Shown here in pieces: positions 12,715-24,700 of a stretch of 64,000 nucleotides of DNA. Each line of letters starts with the position of its first letter. Position 1 is the first letter of the stretch. The notes under the pieces were generated by a model. The model was not told where the DNA came from and searched no databases. It saw nothing but the letters and a program-made list of their open reading frames with translations. The stretch is from Pristiophorus japonicus. Lineage: Eukaryota. The stretch lies in the NCBI RefSeq assembly GCF_044704955.1, contig NC_091991.1:147622001-147686000 (forward strand). The letters run 5' to 3'. The translations under genes and the position numbers were made by a program.

Positions 12715-13643
12715 CATAAGAACATAAGAACATAAGAAATAAGAGCAGGAGTAGGCCATACGGCCCCTCGAGCCTGCTCCGTCAGTCAATACGATCATGG
12801 CTGATCCGATCATGGACTCAGGTTCACTTCCCTGCCCGCTCTCCATAACTCCTTATTCCCTTATCGTTTAAGAAACTGTCTATTTCTGTCTTAAATTTAT
12901 TCAATGTCCCAGCTTCCACAGCTCTCTGAGGCAGCGAATTCCACAGATTTACAACCCTCTGAGAAGAAATTTCTCCTCATCTCAGTTTTAAATGGGTGGC
13001 CCCTTATTCTAAGATTATGCTCTCTAGTTCTAATCTCCCCCATCAGTGGAAACATCCTCTCTGCATCCACCTTGTCAAGCCCCCTCATAATCTTATACGT
13101 TTCGATAAGATTACCTCTCATTCTTCTGAATTCCAACGAGTAGAGGCCCAACCTACTCAACCTTTCCTCATAAGTCAACCCCCTCATCTCCGGAATCAAC
13201 CTAGTGAACCTTCTCTGAACTGCCTCCAAAATAAGTATACCCTTATGTAAATATGGAAACCAAAACTGCACGCAGTATTCCAGGTGTGGCCTCACCAATA
13301 CCCTGTACAACTGTAGCAAGCCTTCCTGATCACTTGCTGTGCCTGCATACTAACCTTTTGTGTTTCATGCACAAGCACCCCCAGATCCCGCTGTACTGCA
13401 GCACTTTGCAATCTTTCTCCATTTAAATAATAACTTGCTCTTTGATTTTTTCTGCCAAAGTGCATGACCTCACACTTTCCAACATTATACTCCATCTGCC
13501 AAATTTTTGCACACTTACTTAGCCTGTCTATATCCTTTTGCAGATTTTTTGTGTTCTCCTCACACATTGCTTTTCCTCCCATCTTTGTCTCATCGGCAAA
13601 CTTGGCTACGTTACACTCGGTCCCTTCCTCCAAGTCATTAACA
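12715..13643 (-). mobile_element. CR1 LINE fragment
   Basis: RT C-terminal ORFs 12897-13696; (CATAAGAA)n tail on plus strand. Confidence 0.9.
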
Positions 13644-14079
13644 TACTGAACCCATCTGTAAATTGAAGCAACATAGCTACACAACCTCAGTCTCATGGTT
13701 CAGGAAAAACTTCTTTACTCAGAGAGGTTAGAATGTAGAACTTGCTACGATATTCTACCAGTTTATTTTTACTCGTTCATGGGATGTGGACATTGTTAGT
13801 AAGACCAGCATTTATTGCCCATCCCTAGTTGAAGCAAATAGCATAGATGCATTTAAGGGTAAGCCACACAAGTACATAAGAGAGAAAGGAATAGAAGGAT
13901 ATGTCAGTGATGGTAAGGAGATGCATGTGTCAGTAATCTCTTTCTTTTTGCAGACCTTGCTGACCATTCTGGTCAGAGTTGCTTATTTAATGGATTAATC
14001 CTTCCATCAGTCAATAGGGAGACGGTTTCCTGCTGGAGAGGATCTAATTGGACGCTGCGCCTACCATACAAGCCCCTTT

Positions 14080-15295
14080 AAGAACATAAGAATTAGGAGC
14101 AGGAGTAGGCCTTTTGGCCCCTCGAGCCTGCTTCGCCATTCAACAAGATCATGGCTGATCTTCTACCTCAACTCCACTTTCCTGCACTATCCCCATAATT
14201 TCAAAAATGTATCGATCTCGGTCTTGAATATACTCAACGACTGAGCATCCAGAGCCCTCTGGGGTAGAGAATTCCAAAGATTCACCACCCTCTGAGTGAA
14301 GAAATTTCTCCTAATCTAAGTCCTAAATGAACGATCCCTTATTCTGAGACTGGGACACCTGGTTCTAGACTCCCCAGCCAGGGGAAACATCCTCCCTGCA
14401 TTTACCCTGTCAAGCCCTGTAAGAATTTTGTATGTTTGAATGAGATCACCTCTCATTCTTCTAAACTCTAGAGAATATAGGCCTAGTCTACTCAATGTCT
14501 CCTCATAGGACAATTCCCCATCCCAGGTATCAGTCTGGTGAACCTTCGCTGCGCCATCTCTATGGCAAGAACATCTTTCCTTAGGTAAGGAGACCAAAAC
14601 TGTACACAATGCTCCAGGTGTGGTCTCACCAGGACCCTATATAATTGCAGTAAGACATAGTTATACTCAAATCCTCTTGTAATAAAGGCCAACATACTAT
14701 TTGCTTTCTTAATTGCTTGCTGTACCTGCATGTTAACGTTCAGTGATTGGTGTACAAGGACACCCAGGTCCCTCTGAACACCAACATTTCCCAATCTCTC
14801 ACCATTTTAAAAATACTCTGTTTTTCTATTTTTCGTACCAAAGTGGATAACTTCACATTTTTCCACATTATATTCTATTTGCCATATTCTTGCCCACTCA
14901 CATAGTCTGTCTAAATCCCCTGGAAGTCTCTTTACATCATCCTCACAACTTACATTTCCACCTAGCTTTGTATAATCAGCAAACTTGGATATATTACATT
15001 TGGTCCCCTCATCCAAATCATTGATATAGATTGTGAATAGCTGGGGCCCGAGCACTGATCTTTGCAGTACCCCACTAGTTACAGTCTGCCAACCCGAAAA
15101 TGGCCTGTTTATTCCTATTCTCTGTTTTCTGTCTGTTAACCAATCCTCAATCCCTGATGGTATATCACCGCCAATCCCATGAGTCCCAATTTTGTTTAAT
15201 AACTTCACGTGTGGCACCTTCTGAAAATCCAAATGCACCACATCCACTGGTTCCCCCCTTATCTATTCTGCTAGTTACAATGTCAAAAAACTCTT
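14080..15295 (-). mobile_element. CR1 LINE fragment
   Basis: Degenerate RT ORFs 14316-15247; CR1 tail at 14080. Confidence 0.9.
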
Positions 15296-15299
15296 TAGG

Positions 15300-15480
15300 G
15301 ATTTAGGCATTGAGGGACTGAGAGATTGTGGGTTGGAGGGACAAAGGGATTGAGGTCAGAGGGATTGTGGGAATGATGGACTGAGTGCACTGAGGGATTG
15401 AGGATCTAGGGAATTGAGGGACTGAGGGATTGAGTTATTAGGGACTGAGGGAATTGAGGTTGTAGGGCACAAGGGGATTC
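15300..15480. repeat. Degenerate short tandem repeat (GAGGGA[C/T]TGAG-like units)
   Basis: Repeated tgaggga/ggattg motifs. Confidence 0.55.
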
Positions 15481-15919
15481 AGTACAAAATCTTCCCACAC
15501 ATAGGTCTATAAAAGTTACAAGCCTTCGCTTGAAATATTTGTTGAGCATTTGTGGCCTCTTCCATTTCATTGTGATTACTTCTACAGAACTGATCAAATC
15601 AAGTTAAAAAAAAATCTATAAAACTGCATAAATGCAATTTAAGTTTCCAAATTCTTAACTGTTGATCCCAAATATTCTCCCGAATCATTGATGGCTTTTC
15701 ACATCCATCCATCTTTGGGCTGTTTAAAATGTGATAACTCCAACAAAAATAGCAGAGAAACAGAGATACTGCTTGTCCCCCAGAGGTGGGTTAAAGAATG
15801 GGAGTAACCACTCAATATATACAACCATATATCCCTTAATATAAAACCATACATTTTAAAGGTCACATTCACTAAACTGTTATTTACATTCAAGTTGCTC
15901 AGAGAAGTCTGTTCCTTTA

Positions 15920-16190
15920 GATATAAAAACAGATAGTGCTGGAAATACTTAGCAGGTTAGGTAGCATCTGTGGAGAGAGAACCAGAGTTAAGGTTTCAGG
16001 TCGATGTCCCTCAGTCAGAAATGGAAAAAGTTAGAGATGTAACAGGTTTTTAAGCAAGTGCCGTGTTCAGGAAAAGAGGTGGAGGGGGAAGAGCTAGAGA
16101 GAGAGTGGAGGAAAGATCAAACGAGAAGGTCTGTGAAAGGGTGCAAGGCAGAAGAGATTAAGAGACAAGAGTCTCTTTTCAAGTTCGTTA
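15920..16190. mobile_element. Penelope-like element terminal fragment
   Basis: AAAACAGA.A.TGCTGGAAATACT.AGCAGG...GCATCTGTGGAGAGAGA motif recalled from shark PLE ends; related pieces at 16560-16662 and 20940-21030. Confidence 0.5.
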
Positions 16191-18477
16191 CCAGGTCGCT
16201 GCCTATAAAGACCAGAGCAATGCTTCCCCTGCTGTTAGGAAGCTCATGCTTTGCATTGGAGATTGTCAACAGCCCCTTACAGGGATCAGCACTCTGACAG
16301 TGTTAAATCAGGGACCGAATTAGACCCCGGAACCTGCACTCGCCGCTGCATTTACCCATACGCGAGTTAGTCATTTAAAAAGTGACACAGTGAAAAGTTT
16401 TATTATTTATTCAATGTGGAAATACTCTACAGCAAACATTGAAATACATCTTTGTGACAAAGGGTCTCATTTTTTGGGGGGCGTCAACGTATAATTCCAG
16501 ACAGATTTCTTTGCCTGAAATAAATAGAAACTGATCAAATAACATTGGCTGATCAAAAGCAAAATGCTGCCGGACGCTGGAAAACCGAAATATAAACACA
16601 AAAAGATGGAAATACTCAGATCCTACTCCAGATGCTGACTATTTCCAGCATTTTCTGTTTATAAATACAATTGGCTTATGGTGACATTTTTATCATGTTA
16701 TTTGCCGATTGCAGATTTGTTCGTTACAAGTGAAAGATTTAAACTCGGACGAAGATTAGGCAATTAAATCCGAAGACATTAAAACTCCTAATTTAGGTGA
16801 TATTGCTATTATTTACTGAAAGCTCTTAGTCACCACGAGTATATAAGCAAATTACTGCAAATCGAAATGTGGAATGCATTTTAGCAATAGTTTGCATCAA
16901 AATATAACAACTTACTTTTCTTAGTGTCTAGTCTCTTGACACGGTGCTGTTGGTTCCCAGTGCTGAATGGCAGCTCCAGACATGGGGCTGGTTCGTTTGG
17001 AAGTGCAACTTCAAAAATACACTGGAACTTGACTCCGATTGAGTTTCCCCAAGATGAAGTGTGGGGAAGACATACGGTTTCTTTATGGAGTTAGCATGAC
17101 CTCATCTCGTGGCCACTCGTTCCAAAGTCTGATGTGCCAAAGTGTCGTATCTCATCGCTGTCACTTGGCGAGTGAACGACACACTGAGCTCGATGGTGGA
17201 GGAGCTCTGTCCATGAGCACACAATGACCGACTGAGGGTTCTAAATGTCAGACAGTATCTGGGTGGGTCTGCTCTCTCTGGATACTAAAACGTTGAAATA
17301 CAATATTTATAAAAAATATGCAGCAGACTGTAGTTATACTGCAAATTGAAGCAACACAACCTCAGTCTCACAGTTCAGAGAGGTTAGAATGTAGAACTTG
17401 TCACTACAGGGAGTTTATTTTTATTCGCTCATGGGATGTGGGCGCCAGTAATGCCAGCATTTATTGTCCATCCCTAGTTGAGGCAAATCGCATAGATGCA
17501 CTTAAGGGTAAGCTACAGAAGTACATGAGAAAGGAAAAGGATCTGCCAGTGATGGGAAGGAGATGCAGGTAGCAAGAGCGTCAGTAATCTTTTTTTGGGG
17601 GGAGGGGGGGACCTTGCGGACTATTCTGGTCAGGGTTGCTTATTTAATGGATTAATCCTTGCATCAGTCAGTAGGGAGACGGTTTCCTGCTGGAGAGGAT
17701 CTAATTGGACGCTGCACCTGTAAGGCCTAAAAATAGCTCAGCGGCTGTTAGGTGCTTCTTAGAGCTCTCATCAGTTGTTTCCACCTGGACCCCAAGTAAA
17801 CCATGAGCTGAAAATGAACAAACGTGTATAGTTGTGATTTGTTGAAACTTTCTTTTAGTCTCCATTTTTAATTGCATTTTCTCTGCTTGCAGAGACCAGC
17901 ATGGCTTCATCAATATTTGGTAATAACCAGCAGGAACTGCACAAGACTCTAGAATTTTATTTCTCCATTTCACTGCTTTCTCTTGCCAAAGATGAGAATA
18001 GGTAGTTGTTACATGGTGAAGTCACTAACATTTTGCAGCATAATAGCCACCCCGACTAAAATTGTTCATTGAGTAAAAAATCCTCGCTTTAGATATTACC
18101 AGTGAGCTCCTCGAGGGCAGTCGGTGGAAACGATGAGTGGGGTACATACTAATTATGAAACAAAGGTTTTTTCTCTCTTTTCATGACCATGCATGTGTGT
18201 GGGGTGAGGTGGGGGCACAGGAGAATGGTGCTGACGTTACACGGTGCTGAAATGGGACAAGCTTGATGGCCTTTCCTTTCCTGCCCATTTTTCTAAATTT
18301 ATAGGGTTCAGTACCAAGACATCCTAAACAAAATCTCATGCAGTGCTTCGGCCTGATTTATGCAATCGGTAAGTGTTAGAAAGTTTTGATTTAAAAAAAA
18401 ATCAATCTATTCCAGTATTCCGTTAGCATTTTTAGTGGTAGAGCAAATGTGAGAGAATGGGAACTTGATCATGCCTC

Positions 18478-19950
18478 TACAGGGTCTTAAAAGAAATGGC
18501 TGCAGAGATACTGGATGCATTGGTTGTGATCTTCCAAAATTCCCTGGATTCTAGAACAGTCCCAGTGGATTGGAAAACTGCAAATGTAACACCCCTATTT
18601 AAAAAAGGAGGCAGGAAAAAAACAGGAAACAATAGACTAGTTAGCCTAACATCTGTCGTTGGGAAAATGCTGGAGTCCATTGTTAAGGAAGCATAATTCA
18701 ATTAAGCAGTCAGCATGATTTTACGAAAGGGAAATCAAGTTTGACAAATTTGCTGGAGTTCTGAGGATGTAATGAGAAGGGTAGATAAGGGGGGACCCAG
18801 TGGATGTGGTGTATTTGGATTTCCAGAAGGCATGCGATAAGGTGCCACATAAAAGGTTACTGCACAAGATAAAAGTTCACGGGGTTGGGGGTAACTAACT
18901 AACAGAAAACAGAGAGTCGGGATAAATGGGTCATTTTCCAGTTGGCAAACAGTAACTAGTGGGGTGCCACAGGGATCGGTGCTGGAGCCTCAACTATTTA
19001 CAATCTATATTAATGACTTGGATGAAGGGACAGAGTGTAATGTTGCAAAGTTTGCTGATGATACAAAGATGGGTGGGAAAGCAAATTGTAAGGAGGACAC
19101 AAGAAATCTGAAAAGGGATATAGACAGGCTAAGTGAGTGGGCAAAGATTTGGCAGATGGGGGTATAATATGGGAAAGTGTGAGGTTATACACTTTGGCAG
19201 AAAAATACAAAATTAAATATTAATTTAAATGGAGAAAAATTGCAAAGTGCTGCAGTACAGAGGGACTTGGGGATCCTTGTGGATGAAACACAATCAGTGA
19301 GTATACAGGTACAGCAAGTAATCAGGAAGACAAATGGAATGTTGGCCTTTATTCCAAGGGGGATAGAGTATAAAAGCAGAGAAGTCCTGCTACAACTGTA
19401 CAGGGTATTGGTGAGGCCACATCTGGAGTACTGCGCACAGTTTTGGTCTCCGTATTTAAGGAAGGATATACTTACATTGGAGGCTGTTCAGAGAAGGTTC
19501 ACTAGGTTGATACCGGAGATGAGAGGGTTGACTTTTGAAGATAGGCTCAACCTATACTCATTGGAGATCAGAAGAACGAGAGGTGATCTTATCAAAACAT
19601 GCAAGATAATGAAGGGGCTAGACAAGGTGGATGCAGAGAGAATATTTCCACTCATAGGGGAAACTAAAACGAGGGGACATAGTCTCAGAATAAGGGGCCG
19701 TCCATTTAAAACTGAGATGAGGAGGAATTTCTTCTCAGGGTTGTAAATCTATGGAATTCTCTGCCCCAGAGAGCTGTGGAGGCTGGGTCATTGAATATAT
19801 TTAAGGCGGAGATAGACAGATTTTTGAGCGATAAATGGTTATGGGAAGCGGAGCTGAGTCCATGATCAGATCAGCCATGATCTTATTAAATGGCAGAGTA
19901 GGCTCGAGCGGCTAGGTGGCCTACTCCTGCTCCTATTTCTTATGTTTTTA
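18478..19950 (+). mobile_element. CR1 LINE fragment, degenerate
   Basis: RT ORF pieces 18496-19746; CR1 3' tail. Confidence 0.9.
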
Positions 19951-20629
19951 TATATGAACAACAGGTCTGGGGTATGTGATAACCAGTTAACCCAAGTACT
20001 TACTGTACTATAAACAAAGCGTAGCATAGAGGCAAAGGCTGAAAAGATTATAAGCTGCGGCCTCAGCTAAACAATGCATTACGTAAGCACAGGCCAAGGT
20101 TGTATTTATAATATATGAATAAAACCAGTTCTTCTTTAACTTCAGGGCTTTCGAGGGTCAGGTGCAATGCAGCCATACCAGGGCCTGGAGAGTGGTCACT
20201 CCAGGATGTGTGTTGTTCTCAGACATCAGAGAGTGTTGTCAGAGGTAGTCGGAGTCTGGGAACCAAGTTGTATTATTTGCATGTCATTTAGTATAAATGG
20301 AAGACTAAATCAGTTACTGAAATAAAGCTTTTTTTAATAAAAGCCACTGTGCGTGAATTCTAAGTGGAGTTATTGTCGGCGGACTAACAACCCTTTGTTG
20401 CGACGGTAACCAATAAGAAATCCGCTGACAGTAAGCATTCATCCTGCACCAGAAATGGAGCATTGGTTCCCAGACTGAAATAAGGGCAATACCATTCAGC
20501 CCTTTACTCCACAAGCCTACTTTTATTCGACTGTACAGTAGATGCTCAGCTGGATACACTTGGTTGACTAAACCTATTCAAGTCAGCCAAGCTAGCCATC
20601 AGATGACCAACTCCTAGATCTGAAAATTA

Positions 20630-21150
20630 TGTTAATCCATCACCCCTGTGTTTGTTGACCTACGTTGGCTCCCAGTCCACCAACTCCTTGGTTTTAAAAT
20701 TCTCATCCTTGTGTTCAAATCCTTCATGGCCTCACCCCTCCCCATTTCTGCAACCTCCTCCAGCCCTACAACAACGAGAACTCTGTGTTCTTCCAATTGC
20801 AACCTCTTGTGTATGTCCGTCTTCCTTTGCCCTACCATTGGTAGCTATGCCTTCAGCCATCTAGGCCCCAAGCCACACCTCTCCACCTCCTTTGAACCTA
20901 CCTTTTTGACCATGCTTTTGCGCATCTGTCCTAATGTCTCTGACAAAAGTAATCGATCGGAAATGTGACTCTTGTTTCTCTCTCCAGATGCTGCCTGGCC
21001 TGTTGAGTATTTCCAGCAATTTCTGCTTTTAGGTCGCAATATCTCCTTTAGCTCGCAATATCTCCTTTAGCTCGGTGTCAATTTTTGTCTGATAGTGCTC
21101 CCGTGAAGTGCCTTGGGATGTTTTACTATGTTAAATTTTAAGTTATTGTA
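20630..21150 (+). mobile_element. L2 3' fragment with embedded PLE-like piece
   Basis: [22 protein letters not shown] peptide; L2 tail. Confidence 0.75.
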
Positions 21151-21359
21151 GCTTCTGTGCTTATGAGTAAAGCAGCAATTCGTGACTAGAATACAGTACA
21201 TGGCTGCTTTCCTACTGGTGTGTAACAGCAACTGGTAAGCCTTTGAAGATGAATTGTGAGGAACTAAAATGAATTATGACATGTTGTAGCCAAACCATCG
21301 GAATTCAAGAAAACCATGAGGTGCTTAAAAAACACAATTTATAAGTTTTAGTAAAAACA

Positions 21360-21365
21360 TTTATT
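21360..21365 (-). terminator. Candidate polyadenylation signal of GTF3C1
   Basis: AATAAA on minus strand about 190 nt after the stop codon. Confidence 0.4.
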
Positions 21366-21550
21366 TCTTCACTCCCAAGTGCAATCCACCATTATTTCCC
21401 TTTAAATTTAACTCCAGCTGTTTGATAACAAATAGTTCCGGGTGGTCATGCAAGTTTGCAAACTTTGGAGAGCAGCTATAGGAGCAGTCACAGTGCCTGT
21501 AGAAAACATTCTTCATGTGAACACTGAAAAGTAATCCTCCAACTGTGGTG

Positions 21551-21760
21551 TTATTGTATCCATTTGTTCCAGTTCGGTTCATGCGGAAAGACTTTGCTGA
21601 GTCTTAAAACACAGTCTATGGTAGGTTCATAAAAAATGGTATAACTCTCCGACAGTTTGTGAACCTGCACCTCAGCAGCACTCGTCGGAGTGGAGAACAA
21701 GGACACGGGCTTGGCTTTGGTTAAGCAATGCTTTCTAATGCAGCCAATGGTTTCCAGACC
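21551..21760 (-). CDS. GTF3C1: GTF3C1 last coding exon ([11 protein letters not shown]...[27 protein letters not shown])
   Basis: Manual translation; acag acceptor; TAA stop at 21551-21553. Confidence 0.96.
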   Translation of the reverse strand, partial: GLETIGCIRKHCLTKAKPVSLFSTPTSAAEVQVHKLSESYTIFYEPTIDCVLRLSKVFPHEPNWNKWIQ

Positions 21761-24700
21761 CTGTTAATGAGAGCAGAAATTCAAAATGAGAAAATGCCAT
21801 TCTTGTTAAAATTTAAGTTTAATCTCCAGTCAGTAATGGGAAGTAGAAATGGTTACAATATGAAAATAGAGACCATGTTGGAAACAGATGAAGAGTGTAA
21901 CCTTACAACAAATATTTTACTACAAAAAGAAAAAACACTGGCAATCTATAGCAGATCTTTCAGCATTTGTAGAGAGCAAACAGGTTAATGTTTCTGGAGC
22001 AGAACTCTTGTTAGCTCCAAATAATCAAATAATGGATTAGGGAATGGATGAGCTAAATGAACAGAAATGGAAAACCCCAACAACTTATGTAGTCCGGGGT
22101 AATATTCACTTATCAACATAAATGAGAGAGGTGCCATGTGTACAATGGGCTCCGAATGCCCACTTTCAGAACTTTAAAGGCAATTAACAATGTGAAATGA
22201 TGTGGAGCACAATTCCTGCTTAGCAAATTTGCTTCAGTGGCAAAGAAATGACTATGGTTTGAAATCTAGTCAACAGGTGTGTCACCAACAAATTACTTCT
22301 GAAGTGTTGTTCTACAGTCTTTGTAATTGCAATACTACAGGATTGGCTCATGTCTGAATTACCTCACTAAAGAACAATCACCAAATAAAACAGATTGGCA
22401 GAAGCAGTTTGGCAGAAGCAGTTATCGAACAATAAATCTATTTTTACACGACCTCTGTCTCGATGCAGTTTTACGGTCAATACTCGTGGGTTCACATCAG
22501 CACAACTCAAGCAAACTGATTTGTTTCTGAACATAAAGAAACCGATGGGTTGATAAAGTATATTTCCTTATCTAAATGTTTTTTCTTATTTAAATCCGTC
22601 TTTCAGATGAGATGTTAAAACTGCTCTCTCAGGTGGACATAAAAAATCCCATGGCACTATTTCGAAGAAGAGCAGGGGAGTTATCCCCGGTGTCCTGGCC
22701 AATATTTATCTCTCAATCCACATCACAAACAGATTATCTGGCCATTATCACATTACTGTTCGTGGGAGCTTGCTGTGTGCAAATTGGGTGCCACATTTCT
22801 TAAATTACAACAGTGACTACACTCCAAAAGTACTTCATTGACTATAGAGTGCTTTGGGAGGCCTTGAGGTCATGAAAGGTGCTATATATGTGCAAATCTT
22901 TTTTGTTTGCTACTAAATATGGTTGACACAGGTTCCTCCACCATGTGAAGGATGACTTTTTAAAATTCTAGTCATGAAAACATCGGGTTATTTGGTAACA
23001 AATTATGGAAAAGCTACACCTGAAAAACACAACTGCCAAATTGAAACTATAAAACATACACATTTACAACAAAGGTCATCAGACCGTTGTTCTACAGAGG
23101 ATAAAATTGCAAGTGCTGTGGAACCTCCATTACCTGTTGTTATGTAGAAGACCCACCTGGTTAAGTAACAGAATTGGCAGTTAATAAAGTCTCCAGAATT
23201 TGGTGTCACCATATATGGCAAGATATGGGAATAAAAATAAATACAATACAAACTATTAAATTCATTTCATTGCTCATGGGCTGTGGAGTTCATTTATGAT
23301 TAACAGGAGGAAATTGATAGCAGGCTTGGCAATGAAGCTGAGATTCATGCAAAAATTCATCAAATAATCAGGAAGGAGATTCCACTGCAATTCAAACTAT
23401 ACTCCTCCTCTATCCAAAATAATAAAAAAAAGTCACCTGTAATAATTCCAGTACAATAACAGGCTGCAGTACAGCATTGTAGTAGCTTAATAGTTTCTGT
23501 TCAGTGATCCCGGGTTTTGCCATAATATGGTACAGCACAGCTTCGATCATTCCCTTACACACAGGTTTATTCAGGCTCCCATCAACAATCCTCCAGGGAT
23601 GGCAGACAAAACGAATCTGTTCATAGTCACTAAGATTCAACGGAAAAGCAGTTACTTCATAAAAATGCCATGACTGTTTGGTATAAGTAAATGTAACAAA
23701 TGCAATAGTTTTGGCACTCCAAAGATTATTAGTGTAAATCAGACTGATTACAGCTTGTGCTTGTCTTGGCTTACCAGCAATGAAGGAAATTATTGGGACT
23801 GAGTTTGTACACTGTACTTTCACTTATAGGGGCAGGATTCAAATCAAGCTCAGACAGATCCGATGAAAGTCTCCTCGAGTCTCCCCTCTCTGGGAGAAGT
23901 AAAGGTCCCAGATGGCATGTTTGAGCAGTTTCAGTTATGCTGGTGATAGACATGGATCCACAGCACAAAGCTGCCTATAATTCAGTTTTAAATGGGAAGT
24001 TTACTTGGGGACGGCACAAGGGAAATGGCTGTGGAAACTAAGGTCCCATAGCTATTTCGAAGAAGAGCAGGGGAGTTATCCCCGGTGTCCTGGCCAATAT
24101 TTATCCCTCAACCAACATCACTAAAACAATTATCTGGTCATTATCACATTGCTAGTTGTGGGAGCTTGCTGGATGCAAATTGGCTGCCGTGTATATGTGA
24201 CCACAGCAATGTGGTTGACTCTTAACAACCCTCTGAAATGGCCACTCAGTTGTACCAAACCGCAACGAGAAACAGCAGTTCAAGGTGGCGGCTCACCACC
24301 ACCTTCTCATGGACAATTAGGGATGGGCATTAAATGCTGGCCTTGCCAGTGACGTCCACATCCCATAAGCGAATAAATTAAATTACCTACCTGTCTGATT
24401 GGGTTTGCAATGTACTTTCCATTTTGACATTCTCCTTAACTGTATAATCTCCTACAGAGAAAGATTAACAGCAACTTTAATTTGAATTCTAACATGCAAT
24501 GAAAATAACACAAAATATATTCATGTATATTTCAACAAGACCACACTTAAATGCAACTTTGTTTCTCTCCAGCCCCACAATCTTCATTAAATTAAGTCAG
24601 AGATTGAACATTTCTGTTACCCAGAAGTAAGAGGGGAGGGGGAAGATAAAAAATAAAATAAAAACGTGCATGGTAACACAGTAGTTTGGTGGCATGGTAA

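Larger units (their letters stand above)
11074..14075 (-). pseudogene. Second, TE-interrupted copy of the same receptor-like exon pair
   Basis: 11074-11245, 12100-12226, 12679-12715 and 13655-14062 align collinearly with 17008-17720. Confidence 0.5.
15490..20443 (-). pseudogene. Putative decayed class I cytokine receptor (CSF2RB/IL2RB/IL21R-like) exon remnants, copy 1
   Basis: Splice-bounded segments 16916-17277 (IVCSWTE...KETVCLP...KFQCIF...LDTKK|gtaag) and 17613-17807 (ELFLGL..QVQRP...LPTD*..IK*AT); weaker pieces at 15490-15615, 17905-18055 and 20090-20255; stops and frameshifts throughout. Confidence 0.5.

Noticed and set aside
11074-21000. Intact IL21R/IL4R exons on the plus strand, expected from mammalian synteny
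   Set aside because: No plus-strand WSXWS, transmembrane or Box1 exon found; only decayed minus-strand remnants.
21034-21073. Roughly 19-bp tandem duplication (TCGCAATATCTCCTTTAGC)
   Set aside because: Ordinary slippage duplication within an L2 tail.
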